Source: Parasulfuritortus sp.
Lineage (GTDB): Bacteria; Pseudomonadota; Gammaproteobacteria; Burkholderiales; Thiobacillaceae
Reading direction: 5' to 3'
NCBI GenBank assembly: GCA_031291185.1
Contig: JARLJM010000160.1
Span: 3,137-67,136, forward strand
Length of the DNA stretch: 64,000 nucleotides
The notes beneath the pieces are model-generated. The model made no database searches. It saw only the letters and a program-made list of their open reading frames with translations, and was not told the DNA's origin. This document shows, piece after piece, positions 46,645 through 57,514 of the stretch (positions are counted from its first letter, which is position 1; the number at the start of each line of letters is the position of its first letter). Made by a program: the position numbers and the translations under genes.

Positions 46645-47462
46645 GCGCTGCCGCCATGCGACCAGTCGCGCGCCCGTTGCCCATCGTGCACGGCCGCGCC
46701 GGCCGGCCGGTCCGTGAGCGCAGCATCCGCCAGTTCGGCCTTGAAATACTGCTCCAGCTCCAGCGCGAAAGCCGCCACGTTTTTCGGTGGATCGAAGCGC
46801 TGGCCCAGGCGGACGCGGTAGCGCACCGGCATCGGCGTGCGGCGGAACAGGGCGGAGTCCTTGCCCAGGAAGGCGGCATCGGTGGTTTCGATGAACACGG
46901 TCTGCACCGGGACCCGCGCGTATTTGGCGATCAACCCGGCCGTGCCCTGCAGCCGGTTCACGGGCGCGCGCGTGGTGCGTGTGCCCTCGGGGAACAGCAG
47001 CAGATGGCTGCCGCCGCGTACCTCCGTCACGGCCCGGCGCACCATCGCGTGCAGCGAGTCGTTGCGGATGTAGCGGGCCAGCCGCGCCCCGGCGCCGAAC
47101 AGGACGTTGTTCATGAGTTCGGCCTTCATGACGCAGGCCACGTGCGGCACGCGCGAGATGACCATCAGCGCGTCGAGCAGGGACGGATGGTTGGGCGCGA
47201 TGATGCAGGCCGGCTGGTCGCGCAGCGCGTCCAGCGCGCGCAGGTCGAAGCGGCAGGCGCCGATCCACGTCAGCAGGCGCAGGTACACGCGAAACGTCAG
47301 GCCGGCGCCCTGCCGGCCCAGCTGCTGCCCCCGTGAGCGGGGCAGCAGGTAACGCAGCGGCAAGGCCAGCAGCGACCAGGCCAGCCCCATCAACGCCAGC
47401 AGGCCCAAGCCCAGGCGTAGCCGCACGGCATCACGCAGCGCGCGCGCACAGGCCGGCAGCAT
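46641..47462 (-). CDS. PlsC-family lysophospholipid acyltransferase
   Basis: NHPSLLD and FPEGTR motifs; start uncertain. Confidence 0.87.
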   Translation of the reverse strand: MLPACARALRDAVRLRLGLGLLALMGLAWSLLALPLRYLLPRSRGQQLGRQGAGLTFRVYLRLLTWIGACRFDLRALDALRDQPACIIAPNHPSLLDALMVISRVPHVACVMKAELMNNVLFGAGARLARYIRNDSLHAMVRRAVTEVRGGSHLLLFPEGTRTTRAPVNRLQGTAGLIAKYARVPVQTVFIETTDAAFLGKDSALFRRTPMPVRYRVRLGQRFDPPKNVAAFALELEQYFKAELADAALTDRPAGAAVHDGQRARDWSHGGSA

Positions 47463-47662
47463 CAAGGGTTTCCTGATCCTGTTGCGGTCACTGCGGGGAG
47501 CGGGTGTTGGGCGGCCATCGGGCGTTGGTTCTGGTGGGGACGGTTCGCATGATCCGCGGGCAGCGCGGCCATGGCTGGGGCGCTGCAGAGTGCAGACCGG
47601 GCCAATTTTACTGTGCCGACGTAACAAAACTGTGTCCGACCGCCCCCGGCCCGGGTTGTGAG

Positions 47663-47718
47663 TCAAATCCCCCTGTAGCCCTTGCCCATCAAGCGCAGGT
47701 AGCTATTAATTCAGGAGT
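47663..47718 (-). repeat. 56-bp spaced motif, copy 11 (intergenic)
   Basis: Reverse complement: ACT CCTGAATTAAT AGC TACCT GCGCTT GATGGGC AAGGGCT N8 ATTTGA. Confidence 0.85.
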
Positions 47719-47806
47719 TGCCGGAGCCGCCGGCGCGCGCTGCATCCGCGCCAGCCTTGCGTCGTCCGGGTGCCACTGCACGTGAACCCGTGGGCCGGGG
47801 CATCCA

Positions 47807-48133
47807 TCACACCAGCACCTGTTCGAACACCAGGCCCTGGCGTTGGCGATTGCGCTCGTGCAGCGACTGCACCGGCGCGGGCGTCGCCGACACCGTGATG
47901 CGCGAGGGCGCCAGCGCCGTCACCACGGCGTGCCGGTGCTCGGTGCTGGCAAAGCGGTCGCCGGCTTCGAGCACGATGTCGCGCTGGTCATTGTCGAGCG
48001 TGATCCACACGGTGCCGTTGCGGCAAACGATCTGGACGCTGGCCGCGTCGGGCAGGCGCAGCATCGCGTCCTTGCGCAGGCTCAGGTCGAAACGGTTGCT
48101 ATCGGGTTTCATGGCGGATCCTTTCGCATTCAT
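47807..48133 (-). CDS. DUF2917 domain protein
   Basis: CRNGTVWITLD..DIVLEAGDRF motif; divergent from a LysR gene. Confidence 0.8.
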   Translation of the reverse strand: MNAKGSAMKPDSNRFDLSLRKDAMLRLPDAASVQIVCRNGTVWITLDNDQRDIVLEAGDRFASTEHRHAVVTALAPSRITVSATPAPVQSLHERNRQRQGLVFEQVLV

Positions 48134-48194
48134 GGTACGAATGAATATACTGACTGAAATCTCCTACATCAAACGGTAAATTGGAATCATTGGC

Positions 48195-49187
48195 ATGCGT
48201 ACAGCGAATGTGAAACGTCCATTCACGACGCCACTGACGGGCGCCATCCAGCGCTCGGAGCTGCCCCGGCTCGACCTGCTGCGCAGCTTCGAGGCGGCCG
48301 CGCGCACCTTGAGCTTCACGCTCGCCGCCAAGGAGCTGTTTCTCACGCAGTCGGCGGTGAGCCGGCAGATCCAGCAGATCGAGGCCGGCCTGGGCGTGCC
48401 GCTGTTCGAGCGCCGGCACCGCGCGCTGGTGCTGACCGAGGCCGGCCAGGTGCTGCAGCGCGCCGTGGTCGACTGCCTGGAGCGCCTGCGCGATGCCACG
48501 GCCCGCGTGCGCGCCAGCACCCAGCTGCGCCAAGTGGCCATCACCACCACCGCCGGTTTTGCCTCACTGTGGCTGATTCCGCGGCTGGAGCGCTTCACGG
48601 CCGACCACCCGGGCGTGGATGTGCGGGTCTCGGCCACCAACGAGCTGCTGGATCTGGCGCGCACGCATATCGACGTGGCCGTGCGCTTTTGCCGCGTCAG
48701 CGATGGCGTGGGCCAGCCCCTGTTCGAGGAGACGGTGTACCCGGTGTGTGCGCCGCAACTGCTCGGCAACCCCGTCAAGCCCTTGCAGACGCCGGCCGAC
48801 CTGGTGCAGCACACGCTCCTGGCGATGATGGAGACGCCGCAGGAATCGGCGCTGAACGCCGACTGGGCGCCGTGGCTGAACATCATGGGCCTGCCCGAGC
48901 TGCGCACGAAGAATACCCTGCGCTTCACCCAATACAGTGATGCCATTGCGGCCGCCGTAGCCGGCCAGGGCGTGGCGATCGGCCGCCTGCCGCTGGTCGC
49001 CTGGCTGCTGCGCGACGGGCGGCTGGTGGCCCCGTTCGGCGGCACGGCCGCGTCGCAGCGCGGCTACTTCGTGGTCACCGCGCCGCGCGCCGCCGGCAAC
49101 CCCGATGCGCAGGATTTTGTGCGCTGGCTGCGGGCCGAGGCCGAGGCGCCGTTGGCGGCGGGCGCTCCGGCTCAGGTTTTTAGTTAA
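48195..49187 (+). CDS. LysR family regulator (GcvA-like)
   Basis: LRSFEAAARTLSFTLAAKELFLTQSAVSRQI HTH; start uncertain. Confidence 0.92.
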   Translation: MRTANVKRPFTTPLTGAIQRSELPRLDLLRSFEAAARTLSFTLAAKELFLTQSAVSRQIQQIEAGLGVPLFERRHRALVLTEAGQVLQRAVVDCLERLRDATARVRASTQLRQVAITTTAGFASLWLIPRLERFTADHPGVDVRVSATNELLDLARTHIDVAVRFCRVSDGVGQPLFEETVYPVCAPQLLGNPVKPLQTPADLVQHTLLAMMETPQESALNADWAPWLNIMGLPELRTKNTLRFTQYSDAIAAAVAGQGVAIGRLPLVAWLLRDGRLVAPFGGTAASQRGYFVVTAPRAAGNPDAQDFVRWLRAEAEAPLAAGAPAQVFS

Positions 49188-49239
49188 ATTACGCGCTAGC
49201 CCTTATAGGATCTTCGCATGCCGCTATTGATTAAGTAGC
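49184..49239 (-). repeat. 56-bp spaced motif, copy 12 (overlaps the LysR stop)
   Basis: Reverse complement: GCT ACTTAATCAAT AGC N18 AAGGGCT N8 ATTTAA. Confidence 0.88.
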
Positions 49240-49249
49240 AATCTGGTGT

Positions 49250-49453
49250 TTAGGCGGGTGTGGCCGGGCGCGGCTCCGACCACAGCTTGCCGCCGGTGGC
49301 CCAGTTCCCGCGCGGCACATCGATCAAGAGGATGTCGACCGCTTCGGGCGAGCCGCCCAGCACCTCGACCGTGACGCGGGTGATTTCGGTGACCAGTTTT
49401 TTCTTTTGCTCGGGCGTGCGGCCTTCCAGCATTTCAACGTGAATGGTGGGCAT
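49250..49453 (-). CDS. 4-oxalocrotonate tautomerase family protein
   Basis: MP start (Pro1), EGRTPEQK and WATGG motifs. Confidence 0.9.
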   Translation of the reverse strand: MPTIHVEMLEGRTPEQKKKLVTEITRVTVEVLGGSPEAVDILLIDVPRGNWATGGKLWSEPRPATPA

Positions 49454-49489
49454 GGGGGTCCTTGGAGGAAGTGGTGGTTGAGGGCAGGA

Positions 49490-50392
49490 TCATAAAAGCT
49501 CCCGGGGCAGGGCCTCGGCCAGAAAGTCGTACGCCGCGCGGATGTGGCGGTTCGTGCGGATCTCGCGGTGCACAGCCAGCCACATGGGCAGCGGGGGAAT
49601 CTTCAGCAGGCCGGGCAGCAGGCGCACCACGTCCGGCTCGCCGCGCCCCATGTAGTCGGCCGCGAAGCCCACGCCCAGCCCGGCGCGCACGGCCTGCCAC
49701 TGCACCAGAAGATCGTCACTGCGCAGCGCAAACGCCTCGCGCGTCACCGGGTAGCCCAGGGCCTCGAATCCCTGCAGGATGGCGTTGTCGGTGTCGCTGC
49801 CAATGAGCTCGTGCTGCAGCAGATCGGCCAGCTGGCGCGGTGTGCCGCGGCGCGCCAGGTAGCTGCGGTGGGCGTACGCGCCCAGCGCCACGGTGCCGAT
49901 TTTGCGGGCCACCAGCGAGGCCTGGTCGGGCCGCACCATGCGCACCGCAATATCGGCTTCGCGGCGCAGCAGGTTGCTGACCTGGTTGCTGGAAACCAGC
50001 TCGACCTGGAGCCCGGGCAGCGCCTGCCGCAGCCGCGCCAGCACGGGCGGCATGAGCTGCACCGCCGCCGGCACGCTGGCGGTGATGCGCACCGTGCCGC
50101 TGGCCCGCGTCTGCGCGCCGGACACGGTGCGCGCCAGCAGCAGCGCCCCGCTCTCCATGCCGCGCGCGGCCTCGGCCAGTTGCAGCGCCGTGCGGGTGGG
50201 CACGAGGCCGCGGCCGGTGCGCTCGAACAGCACCACGCCCAGCTGCGACTCCAGCGCGGCGATGTGCCGCCCAAGGGTGGGCTGGCTGGCGCGCAGCACC
50301 CGCGAAGCCCCCAGCAGGCTGCCCTGGTCCAGCGCCGCGAGGAAGGAGCGCACCAGGCTCCAGTCGAAACCGGTTTGCAACGAGTTATTCAT
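49490..50392 (-). CDS. LysR family regulator
   Basis: FDWSLVRSFLA..SQPTLGRHI and LLRREADIAVR motifs; start ATG 50392. Confidence 0.92.
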   Translation of the reverse strand: MNNSLQTGFDWSLVRSFLAALDQGSLLGASRVLRASQPTLGRHIAALESQLGVVLFERTGRGLVPTRTALQLAEAARGMESGALLLARTVSGAQTRASGTVRITASVPAAVQLMPPVLARLRQALPGLQVELVSSNQVSNLLRREADIAVRMVRPDQASLVARKIGTVALGAYAHRSYLARRGTPRQLADLLQHELIGSDTDNAILQGFEALGYPVTREAFALRSDDLLVQWQAVRAGLGVGFAADYMGRGEPDVVRLLPGLLKIPPLPMWLAVHREIRTNRHIRAAYDFLAEALPRELL

Positions 50393-50394
50393 AA

Positions 50395-50409
50395 ATGCAA
50401 TTCTGCTAT
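50395..50409. promoter_or_regulatory. Candidate LysR T-N11-A box in a divergent promoter
   Basis: ATGCAATTCTGCTAT, with a second ATGCAATT about 23 bp downstream, between the LysR and epimerase genes. Confidence 0.5.
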
Positions 50410-50484
50410 GGCTATTTATGCAATTGTGGTGCAGGCCGCTGATCTCCACAATCGGCTCATTGATCAACCCTCTGGAGTCACACC

Positions 50485-51480
50485 ATGCAAGCCACCGTTC
50501 TGATTCTGGGTGCCCGCGGCCGTTTTGGCCTGGCGGCCGCGCGTGCCTTTGCCGATGCCGGCTGGCGCGTGCTGGGGCAAATGCGTCCCGGGGCGACTGC
50601 GCCCGAAGACCCGCGCATCGAGTGGTTGGGCCTCGGGCTGCACGACACCCAGGCCCTGGGGGCGGCGGCACGCGGCGCCGCAGTCGTGGTGCATGCGCTC
50701 AGCCCGGCCTACACGCACCAGGCCTGGCGCGCCGAGGTGGCGCCCATGCTGGAGGCCGCCATTGCGCTCACGCGCTCGCTCGACGCCACGCTGATGGTGC
50801 CTGGCAATGTCTACAACTTCGGGGCCGCCATGCCGCACGTCCTGCGCGAGGACACGCCGCAGATGGCGCAGACGGTCAAGGGCCGGATCCGCGTGGCCAT
50901 GGAAGCGCGGCTGCAGCACTGCGGCGTGCGCAGCGTGGTGATCCGCGCGGGGGATTTTTTCGGCAGCGGCCGCGGCAGCTGGTTCGATCTCGCCATGGCC
51001 CGGGACCTTCAAAAAGGCCGGTTCACCTATCCCGGCCGGCGCGAGGTGCCGACCGCCTGGGCGTACCTGCCCGACCTCGCGCGCACCTTTGTCGCGGTGG
51101 CGCAGCGGCGCGCGCAGCTACAGTCGTTCGAGGTGTTTCATTTCTCCGGGTACAGCCTCACCGCGCAGCAGTGGCTGGACGCGCTCGAGCCGATCGCGCT
51201 CGCCCAGGGCTGGGTCCGGCCTGGCGGTCACTTGACACTGCGCCGCATGCCCTGGCCCCTGCTGCGCCTGGGCGCGGTGTTCAATCCGATGTGGGCGGCC
51301 CTGGTCGAGATGCGCTATCTGTGGGACACCCCGCATGCGCTGGCCAACGGCAAGCTGCTGGCCCTGATCGGGACAGAACCCCACACGCCGCTGGAGATCG
51401 CCGTGCACAGCGCGCTGGCCGATTTGGGTTTGCTGGAGCATGTGCCGCAGCCGACGCAGCGCTCCACCGCGGCGGCTTGA
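50485..51480 (+). CDS. NAD-dependent epimerase/dehydratase family protein
   Basis: LGARGRFG, PGNVYNFG, RAGDFFG and WAYLPDLA motifs. Confidence 0.85.
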   Translation: MQATVLILGARGRFGLAAARAFADAGWRVLGQMRPGATAPEDPRIEWLGLGLHDTQALGAAARGAAVVVHALSPAYTHQAWRAEVAPMLEAAIALTRSLDATLMVPGNVYNFGAAMPHVLREDTPQMAQTVKGRIRVAMEARLQHCGVRSVVIRAGDFFGSGRGSWFDLAMARDLQKGRFTYPGRREVPTAWAYLPDLARTFVAVAQRRAQLQSFEVFHFSGYSLTAQQWLDALEPIALAQGWVRPGGHLTLRRMPWPLLRLGAVFNPMWAALVEMRYLWDTPHALANGKLLALIGTEPHTPLEIAVHSALADLGLLEHVPQPTQRSTAAA

Positions 51481-51528
51481 CGCCGGCGCCGGCCGCGCCC
51501 GCCTGAAAATCCGTCGACCCGGATCCGC

Positions 51529-52080
51529 TTACCGACCGGCGCGCAGCGCCCGGTCAATCGCCTCGTGCAGATGCTGCATGCCGAACGAAACGTCCGTCAC
51601 CTTGCCGTTCACATAGAACGTCGGCGTCGCACGAATGCCCAGGTGTTGTGCGCCGGCCATGTGCTCCTGCACGCGCTGCAGGTAGACATGGTCTTTCATC
51701 TCGTTCTGGTAGCGCCGCAGATCCAGCCCGATGTCGCCGGCGTAGTCCAGCAACTGCTTCTCCTTCAGATGCTGCTGATGCTCGAACAGGAGGTCATAGA
51801 ACGGCCAGAACATGTGCTGGGCGCCCGCCGCCTCGGCGGCCTCGGCCGCGAGCTCGGCATGGGGGTGGATTTCCCGCTGCGGGTAATGGCGGAACACAAA
51901 GCGCAGCTGCGGGCCGAAATGATCCAGCATGATCTTCATCGCCGCATGCGCCTGGCCACAGGACGGACATTCGAAGTCGCCGTATTCGATGACGGTCACC
52001 TCGGCGGTGGCAGGACCCTGGATATGGTCGGTCGCCTTGTCGGGCTTGAGCAGCGGATCGTGTTTGACAGGGGCCATCAT
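51529..52080 (-). CDS. DsbA-family thioredoxin-fold protein
   Basis: EYGDFECPSC, FRHYP and ATPTFYVNG motifs; SD AAGGA before ATG 52080. Confidence 0.88.
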   Translation of the reverse strand: MMAPVKHDPLLKPDKATDHIQGPATAEVTVIEYGDFECPSCGQAHAAMKIMLDHFGPQLRFVFRHYPQREIHPHAELAAEAAEAAGAQHMFWPFYDLLFEHQQHLKEKQLLDYAGDIGLDLRRYQNEMKDHVYLQRVQEHMAGAQHLGIRATPTFYVNGKVTDVSFGMQHLHEAIDRALRAGR

Positions 52081-52275
52081 GGTGTTGTCCTTCGGTGGTG
52101 GTCGCACCAGCTTAGCCAGATTGGGCACGAAAGGAAAGCCGTCCGCATCGGCGGGGGGCCCGCTGACCAGCGCGCAGCCCTTTTTTACCGTGGCCGCAGC
52201 GGCGCCCCGCGGCGGCTGGGCCCGGATGACCGCTTCATCGCAGGGGGAGTGCTGGAGACGGAATCGCGGCTGAAC

Positions 52276-54504
52276 TCAGGCCGCCGCTTTCACCTTCAGC
52301 CGCCAGCCATGCAGCAGTGGCTCGGTATAGCCGCTGGGCTGCACCAGTCCCTTGAACACCAGATCACACGCTGCCTGGTAGGCCATCGAGGTGTCGAAGT
52401 GGCCGGCCATCGGCTTGTACAGCGGGTCCCCCGCATTCTGGCCGTCCACCACGGCGGCCATGCGCTCGAAGGTTTCGCGCACCTGGGCTTCGGTCACCAC
52501 GCCGTGCAGCAGCCAGTTGGCCATGTGCTGGCTGCTGATGCGCAGGGTGGCGCGGTCTTCCATCAGGGCGATGTTGTGGATGTCGGGCACCTTGGAGCAG
52601 CCCACGCCCTGGTCGACCCAGCGCACCACGTAGCCCAGAATGCCCTGGGCGTTGTTGTCGAGTTCCTGCTGTTTCTCGGCATCGGTCCAGGTGGGAGCTG
52701 CGACCACGGGGATGTGCAGCAGGCCGGTCAGCAGAGCATCGTGTTCCAGTTCGGGTTTGCGCTTGGCATGGGCTTTTTCGAGATCTTTTTGCACGTCGCT
52801 GACCAGCACCTGATGGTAGTGCAGGGCGTGCAGGGTGGCACCGGTGGGGCTGGGCACCCAAGCGGTGTTGGCGCCAGCTTTGGGGTGGCCGATTTTTTGC
52901 TCCAGCATGGCTTTCATCAGATCCGGCATGGCCCACATGCCTTTGCCGATTTGCGCGCGCCCGCGCAGGCCGCATTGCAGGCCGACTAGCACATTGTTGT
53001 GTTCGTAGGCGTGAATCCAGGTGCTGGCTTTCATGTCGCCCTTGCGCACCATCGGGCCAGCGTGCATGGAGGTGTGCATTTCGTCGCCGGTGCGGTCCAG
53101 GAAGCCGGTGTTGATGAAGGCCACGCGGCTGGCAGCAGCGGCAATGCAGGCTTTCAGGTTGACGCTGGTGCGGCGCTCTTCGTCCATGATGCCGAGCTTG
53201 ACGGTGCTGTCGGGCAGGCCCAGCATCTTCTCGACGCGGCCAAACAGTTCACTGGCAAAAGCTACTTCGAACGGGCCGTGCATCTTGGGCTTGACGATGT
53301 AGACCGAGCCTTTGCGCGAGTTGCGGATGGCATCTTTCTTGGTCTTGGCCAGGTCGTGCATGGCAATGGTGGTGGTGATCACCGCGTCCATGATGCCTTC
53401 GGGGATTTCATGCACCTCACCGGCCTTGTTGGTGTAGAGGATGGCCGGGTTGGTCATCAGGTGGCCGACATTGCGAACAAACATCAGGCTGCGGCCATGC
53501 AGGCGCACCGGCTTTTTGCCGTCTGGGGCGGTGTAGAGACGGTCGGCATTGAGGCCGCGCTGCAGCGTCTTGCCGCCTTTCTCGAAGGTTTCTGTCAGCG
53601 TGCCCTTCAGAATGCCCAGCCAGTTGCTGTAGGCCAGCACCTTGTCGTCAGCATCCACGGCGGCCACGGAGTCTTCCAGGTCGAGGATGGTGGACAGGGC
53701 GGCTTCCACCACCAGGTCTGCCACGCCAGCTGGGTCAGCGGCGCCGATGGTGGTGGCGCGGTTGATGATCAGGTCCAGGTGCAGGCCGTTGTGTTCAAAC
53801 AGTACGCTGGTTGGCGCCTTGGCTTCGCCTTGGTAGCCGACGAATTGCTTGGCATCTGCCAGGCTGGTGTTGCTGCCGTCTGCGAGTTTGATGGCCAATT
53901 TGCCGCCCTTGACGCTGTAGGCGACGGAATCGATGTGTGAGCCTTTGCGCAGCGGGGCGCAACGGTCGAGCACGTAGCGGGCGTATTCGATGACCTTGGC
54001 ACCGCGCTTGGGGTTGTAGCCGCCTTTCTTGGCGACTTTTTCACAGCCCTTGGCCTCGGCGATCACGTCGGTGCCGTACAGCGCGTCGTACAGGCTGCCC
54101 CAGCGGGCGTTGGCGGCGTTGAGGGCGTAGCGGGCGTTCAGGATCGGCACCACCAACTGTGGGCCGGCTTGTTTGGCCAGTTCGGCGTCCACATTGGTGG
54201 TGGTGATGCGGGCTTTCTTCGGGGGGGCGACCAGGTAGCCGATTTTGTCGAGGTACGAGCGGTAAGCCGCCATGTCCTGGATCGGGCCGGGGTGGGCTTG
54301 GTGCCAAGTATCCAGCTCGGTTTGCAGCAGGTCTCGCTCCTTGAGCAAGGCGATGTTTTTGGGTGCCAGATCAGCCACGATGGCGTCGAAGCCTTTCCAG
54401 AACTTGGCTGGTGTCACGCCAGTGCCGGGCAACACTTGTGTCTCAATAAACTGGCACAAGTTGGTGGCCACTTGCAGGCGGTTTTTGGTGATGCGTTCAG
54501 TCAT
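52276..54504 (-). CDS. glcB: Malate synthase G
   Basis: [42 protein letters not shown] and [14 protein letters not shown] motifs. Confidence 0.97.
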   Translation of the reverse strand: MTERITKNRLQVATNLCQFIETQVLPGTGVTPAKFWKGFDAIVADLAPKNIALLKERDLLQTELDTWHQAHPGPIQDMAAYRSYLDKIGYLVAPPKKARITTTNVDAELAKQAGPQLVVPILNARYALNAANARWGSLYDALYGTDVIAEAKGCEKVAKKGGYNPKRGAKVIEYARYVLDRCAPLRKGSHIDSVAYSVKGGKLAIKLADGSNTSLADAKQFVGYQGEAKAPTSVLFEHNGLHLDLIINRATTIGAADPAGVADLVVEAALSTILDLEDSVAAVDADDKVLAYSNWLGILKGTLTETFEKGGKTLQRGLNADRLYTAPDGKKPVRLHGRSLMFVRNVGHLMTNPAILYTNKAGEVHEIPEGIMDAVITTTIAMHDLAKTKKDAIRNSRKGSVYIVKPKMHGPFEVAFASELFGRVEKMLGLPDSTVKLGIMDEERRTSVNLKACIAAAASRVAFINTGFLDRTGDEMHTSMHAGPMVRKGDMKASTWIHAYEHNNVLVGLQCGLRGRAQIGKGMWAMPDLMKAMLEQKIGHPKAGANTAWVPSPTGATLHALHYHQVLVSDVQKDLEKAHAKRKPELEHDALLTGLLHIPVVAAPTWTDAEKQQELDNNAQGILGYVVRWVDQGVGCSKVPDIHNIALMEDRATLRISSQHMANWLLHGVVTEAQVRETFERMAAVVDGQNAGDPLYKPMAGHFDTSMAYQAACDLVFKGLVQPSGYTEPLLHGWRLKVKAAA

Positions 54505-54528
54505 GATCGTGAAGTCCAAAGTTAAAAA

Positions 54529-54654
54529 TCAGGAAGGAAAGAAGTCGAGCACATCGCGCAGGCTGTGGCCGATGCGCGTGGGCTGGGTACCCGGTTCTTC
54601 GAAGGGCTGATGGTAACGGTTGCCCCACAGCGTGCCATAGGTGTTGAACAGCAT
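54529..54654 (-). pseudogene. Internally deleted haloacid dehalogenase type II remnant (41-aa ORF)
   Basis: Manual translation (PQA)MLFNTYGTL-WGNRYHQPFEEPGTQPTRIGHSLRDVLDFFPS*; resembles HAD-II motif I (AVLFDAYGTL) joined to the HAD-II C-terminus (TLWVNR..P....SL.D). Confidence 0.6.
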
Positions 54655-54810
54655 GGCTTGTGGCGCACGCGTGTCGGAATCAAGCGGGGGTTTTTTCAGC
54701 CTTCAACTTTAGTCGATGCCCGGTTGAAGATTGAGGGGCAAAGTGGCGGTTGATTCGTGACAAAAATGCAGGTAATCCTCAGGCGTGTGTTTTGTCTATT
54801 CCCAATGGAT

Positions 54811-54866
54811 ATTGCAAAATTAATAGCTTCTTACCCTTGTGTGTAAAGGGCTTAAGGCGAATTTGA
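54811..54866 (+). repeat. 56-bp spaced motif, copy 13 (intergenic, after the kup2 stop)
   Basis: ATT GCAAAATTAAT AGC TTCTT ACCCTT GTGTGTA AAGGGCT N8 ATTTGA. Confidence 0.8.
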
Positions 54867-54874
54867 CCACTAAT

Positions 54875-56752
54875 TTATATCTGCACGCGGGTACCCAGCT
54901 CAATCACACAATTGTTGGGCAGTCTGAAGAACCCTGCCACCGTGCCTGCATTGCGCGACATGAGGGCAAAGAGTGCTTCGCGCCAGCGCGCCATACCTGA
55001 GCCATGTGCCGGAACAATGGTCTCACGGCTGAGAAAGTAGGAGGTCTCGAACAGATTGATGGCCAATCCTTGTGCGCTGCACAGTTCCAGCGCTTTGGGA
55101 ATATCGGGCGTGTTCTTGAACCCGTAGTTCACCTGCACCTTCCAGAATCCGGCCACCAGCGGCGTCACCTGTACCCGCTCTTCAAACGGGATCCACGGAA
55201 CGTCATGGAACACCACAGTCAGGATGATGTTGCGTTCGTGCAGCACCTGGTTGTGTTTCAGGTTGTGCATCAGGGCCTGCGGCACGGTGTCAGGGTTGGC
55301 CACGGCGTACACCGCCGTGCGTTTGGCCCGGTGAATGCTATCTGCCGCCAGCGCTGTGATGAACGGTTGCAACTCGGGGTCGTCGTTACGCAGACTGTGT
55401 AACAGCAGCTCGCGGCCACGCTTCCAGGTGGACATCGTGACAAAGATCGCCAAGCCCATCGCCAGCGGAAACCAGCCGCCCTGCCAGAACTTGAGTGAGC
55501 AGGAAATCACCAGCAGCACGTCCAGCGACAGAAATACCCCTGTGGAACCCAGCGCCACCCACAGCGGATAGTTCCAGCGGTAGCGCACCACATAAAAGGT
55601 CAGGATGGTGGTGATCAGCATGGTGATGGTGACGGCAATGCCATAGGCCGAGGCCAGTGCGGACGAGCTGCCAAAGCCCAGCACGGCCAGCAGAACGGCA
55701 ATCAGCAGCGCCCGGTTCACTTCGGGCATGTAGATTTGCCCGGCCTCCTTGGCCGAGGTGAAGTGCACCTGCAGGCGAGGCAGCAGGCCGAGCTGTATGG
55801 CCTGTTTGGTCATGGAATAGGCGCCAGAGATGACCGCTTGCGAGGCAATCACGGTGGCCAACGTGGCCAGCACCACCGCCGGAATCAGCCAGACCGGGGG
55901 GAACATCCGGAAAAACGGATTTTCAAGCGCCGACGGGTCACGCATCAGTAGCGCGCCTTGGCCCATGTAGTTGATCGTCAGGGCGGGCAGCACCAGTCCC
56001 ACCCAGGTCAACTGGATAGGCTTTTTGCCAAAGTGCCCCATGTCGGCGTACAGAGCCTCAGCACCGGTGAACGCCAGTACGATGGCACCCATGGCCACCA
56101 ACAGGTGCCAGCCCTGGCTGTGCACAAAGGCCAGCGCGTTCAACGGGTTCAGCGCCGCCAAAACGGCGGGTTGCTGCACGATTTGCAGCACACCCGTCGC
56201 GGCCAGCACGCCAAACCAGATCATGATGATTGGGCCAAACAACTTGCCCACCACCCCCGTGCCAAAGCGCTGCATGGCAAACAGGCCGATCAGCACCGTG
56301 ACCGAGATCGGTACCACATAGGGTTTGAGCACCGGCGTGACCACCTCCAAGCCTTCCACCGCGCTGAGCACCGAGATGGCCGGGGTGATGACGCTGTCGC
56401 CATAAAACAGGGCCGCACCCAGTACCCCGGTCAGCAGCAGCACGGTTCGTTGATGCGGCGTTTTGGCCGCCGCGTGCGCGGCCAGCGCCGTCAGGGCCAT
56501 GATGCCGCCTTCGCCGCGGTTGTCGGCGCGCAGGATCAGCAGCACGTATTTCAGGGTCACCACCATCATCAGGCCCCAGAAGATGACCGACACCGCGCCC
56601 ACTAGGTGGGTGGCGTCCAGCGGCACGCCCGTCGCCGGGCTGAACACTTCTTTGACGGTGTACAGCGGGCTGGTGCCAATGTCGCCATACACCACGCCCA
56701 GGGCACCCAGAGTCAGTGCCGCCAGACTTTCGCGGCTAGAAGATTTAAGCAT
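54875..56752 (-). CDS. kup: KUP/HAK/KT potassium transporter (copy 2)
   Basis: [13 protein letters not shown] and [13 protein letters not shown] motifs. Confidence 0.95.
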   Translation of the reverse strand: MLKSSSRESLAALTLGALGVVYGDIGTSPLYTVKEVFSPATGVPLDATHLVGAVSVIFWGLMMVVTLKYVLLILRADNRGEGGIMALTALAAHAAAKTPHQRTVLLLTGVLGAALFYGDSVITPAISVLSAVEGLEVVTPVLKPYVVPISVTVLIGLFAMQRFGTGVVGKLFGPIIMIWFGVLAATGVLQIVQQPAVLAALNPLNALAFVHSQGWHLLVAMGAIVLAFTGAEALYADMGHFGKKPIQLTWVGLVLPALTINYMGQGALLMRDPSALENPFFRMFPPVWLIPAVVLATLATVIASQAVISGAYSMTKQAIQLGLLPRLQVHFTSAKEAGQIYMPEVNRALLIAVLLAVLGFGSSSALASAYGIAVTITMLITTILTFYVVRYRWNYPLWVALGSTGVFLSLDVLLVISCSLKFWQGGWFPLAMGLAIFVTMSTWKRGRELLLHSLRNDDPELQPFITALAADSIHRAKRTAVYAVANPDTVPQALMHNLKHNQVLHERNIILTVVFHDVPWIPFEERVQVTPLVAGFWKVQVNYGFKNTPDIPKALELCSAQGLAINLFETSYFLSRETIVPAHGSGMARWREALFALMSRNAGTVAGFFRLPNNCVIELGTRVQI

Positions 56753-56781
56753 GGCAATGGGCTCGCAGTGAAGAGTCGGCT

Positions 56782-56816
56782 ATTGTTGTCGGCAGGGGAT
56801 CAGGAAGGCATATGGA
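56782..56816 (-). promoter_or_regulatory. Candidate KdpE box plus -10 for kup2
   Basis: Minus strand TCCATAT-GCCT-TCCTGAT, 11 nt, then AACAAT (-10-like). Confidence 0.65.
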
Positions 56817-56827
56817 ACCAGTCCAGC

Positions 56828-57514
56828 TCACACGTCGGCCAGCCGGTAGCCAACGCCAGTTTCGGTCAGCAGATGGCGCGGCTCAGCCGGGTCGCGCTCA
56901 ATCTTGGCGCGCAGTTGCGCCATGTACAGGCGCAGGTAATGCGTGTGGTCCACAAATTCGGCACCCCAGACGTCGGTGAGCAACTGCCGGTGCGTCACCA
57001 CCCGGCCCACGCTGCGAACCAGTCGCGCCAGCAGATTGAATGCGGTGGGCGTGAGGTGCAGGGCCACGCCATCGCGCTCCACCCGGTGGGCCGCCAGGTC
57101 GACGCGCAAGTCTTCCAGCTCGTGGCAAGTCACGGCCGCTGCCAGGCTGGTGCCGCGGTGGCGCAGCGCCACACGGATGCGCGCCAGCAACTCGCCCACG
57201 CTGAATGGCTTGGTCAGGTAATCGTCGGCACCGGCATCCAGCAGGGCAATCTTTTGGGCCTCCTGATGCCGGGCGGACACCACAATCACTGGCGTGGCGC
57301 GTTGTTTGCGCAGCTCTCGCACCAAGTCTGCGCCGTCGCCATCGGGCAGCCCCAGATCCAGCACCACCACATCGGGCGGCTTGTGCTGCAGCAGCGCACG
57401 GGCTTCGCTCAGGCTCACCGCTGTTTGCACCTCCATGCCTTCAACGGACAGCGACGACTGCATCAGTGCGCGGATTTCGCGGTCGTCCTCTACCACCAAG
57501 ACCTTCAGACTCAT
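56828..57514 (-). CDS. kdpE: KdpE-like OmpR-family response regulator
   Basis: VLDLGLPDGDG, GADDYLTKPF, YLRLYMAQLRAKIE and TETGVGYR motifs. Confidence 0.88.
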   Translation of the reverse strand: MSLKVLVVEDDREIRALMQSSLSVEGMEVQTAVSLSEARALLQHKPPDVVVLDLGLPDGDGADLVRELRKQRATPVIVVSARHQEAQKIALLDAGADDYLTKPFSVGELLARIRVALRHRGTSLAAAVTCHELEDLRVDLAAHRVERDGVALHLTPTAFNLLARLVRSVGRVVTHRQLLTDVWGAEFVDHTHYLRLYMAQLRAKIERDPAEPRHLLTETGVGYRLADV

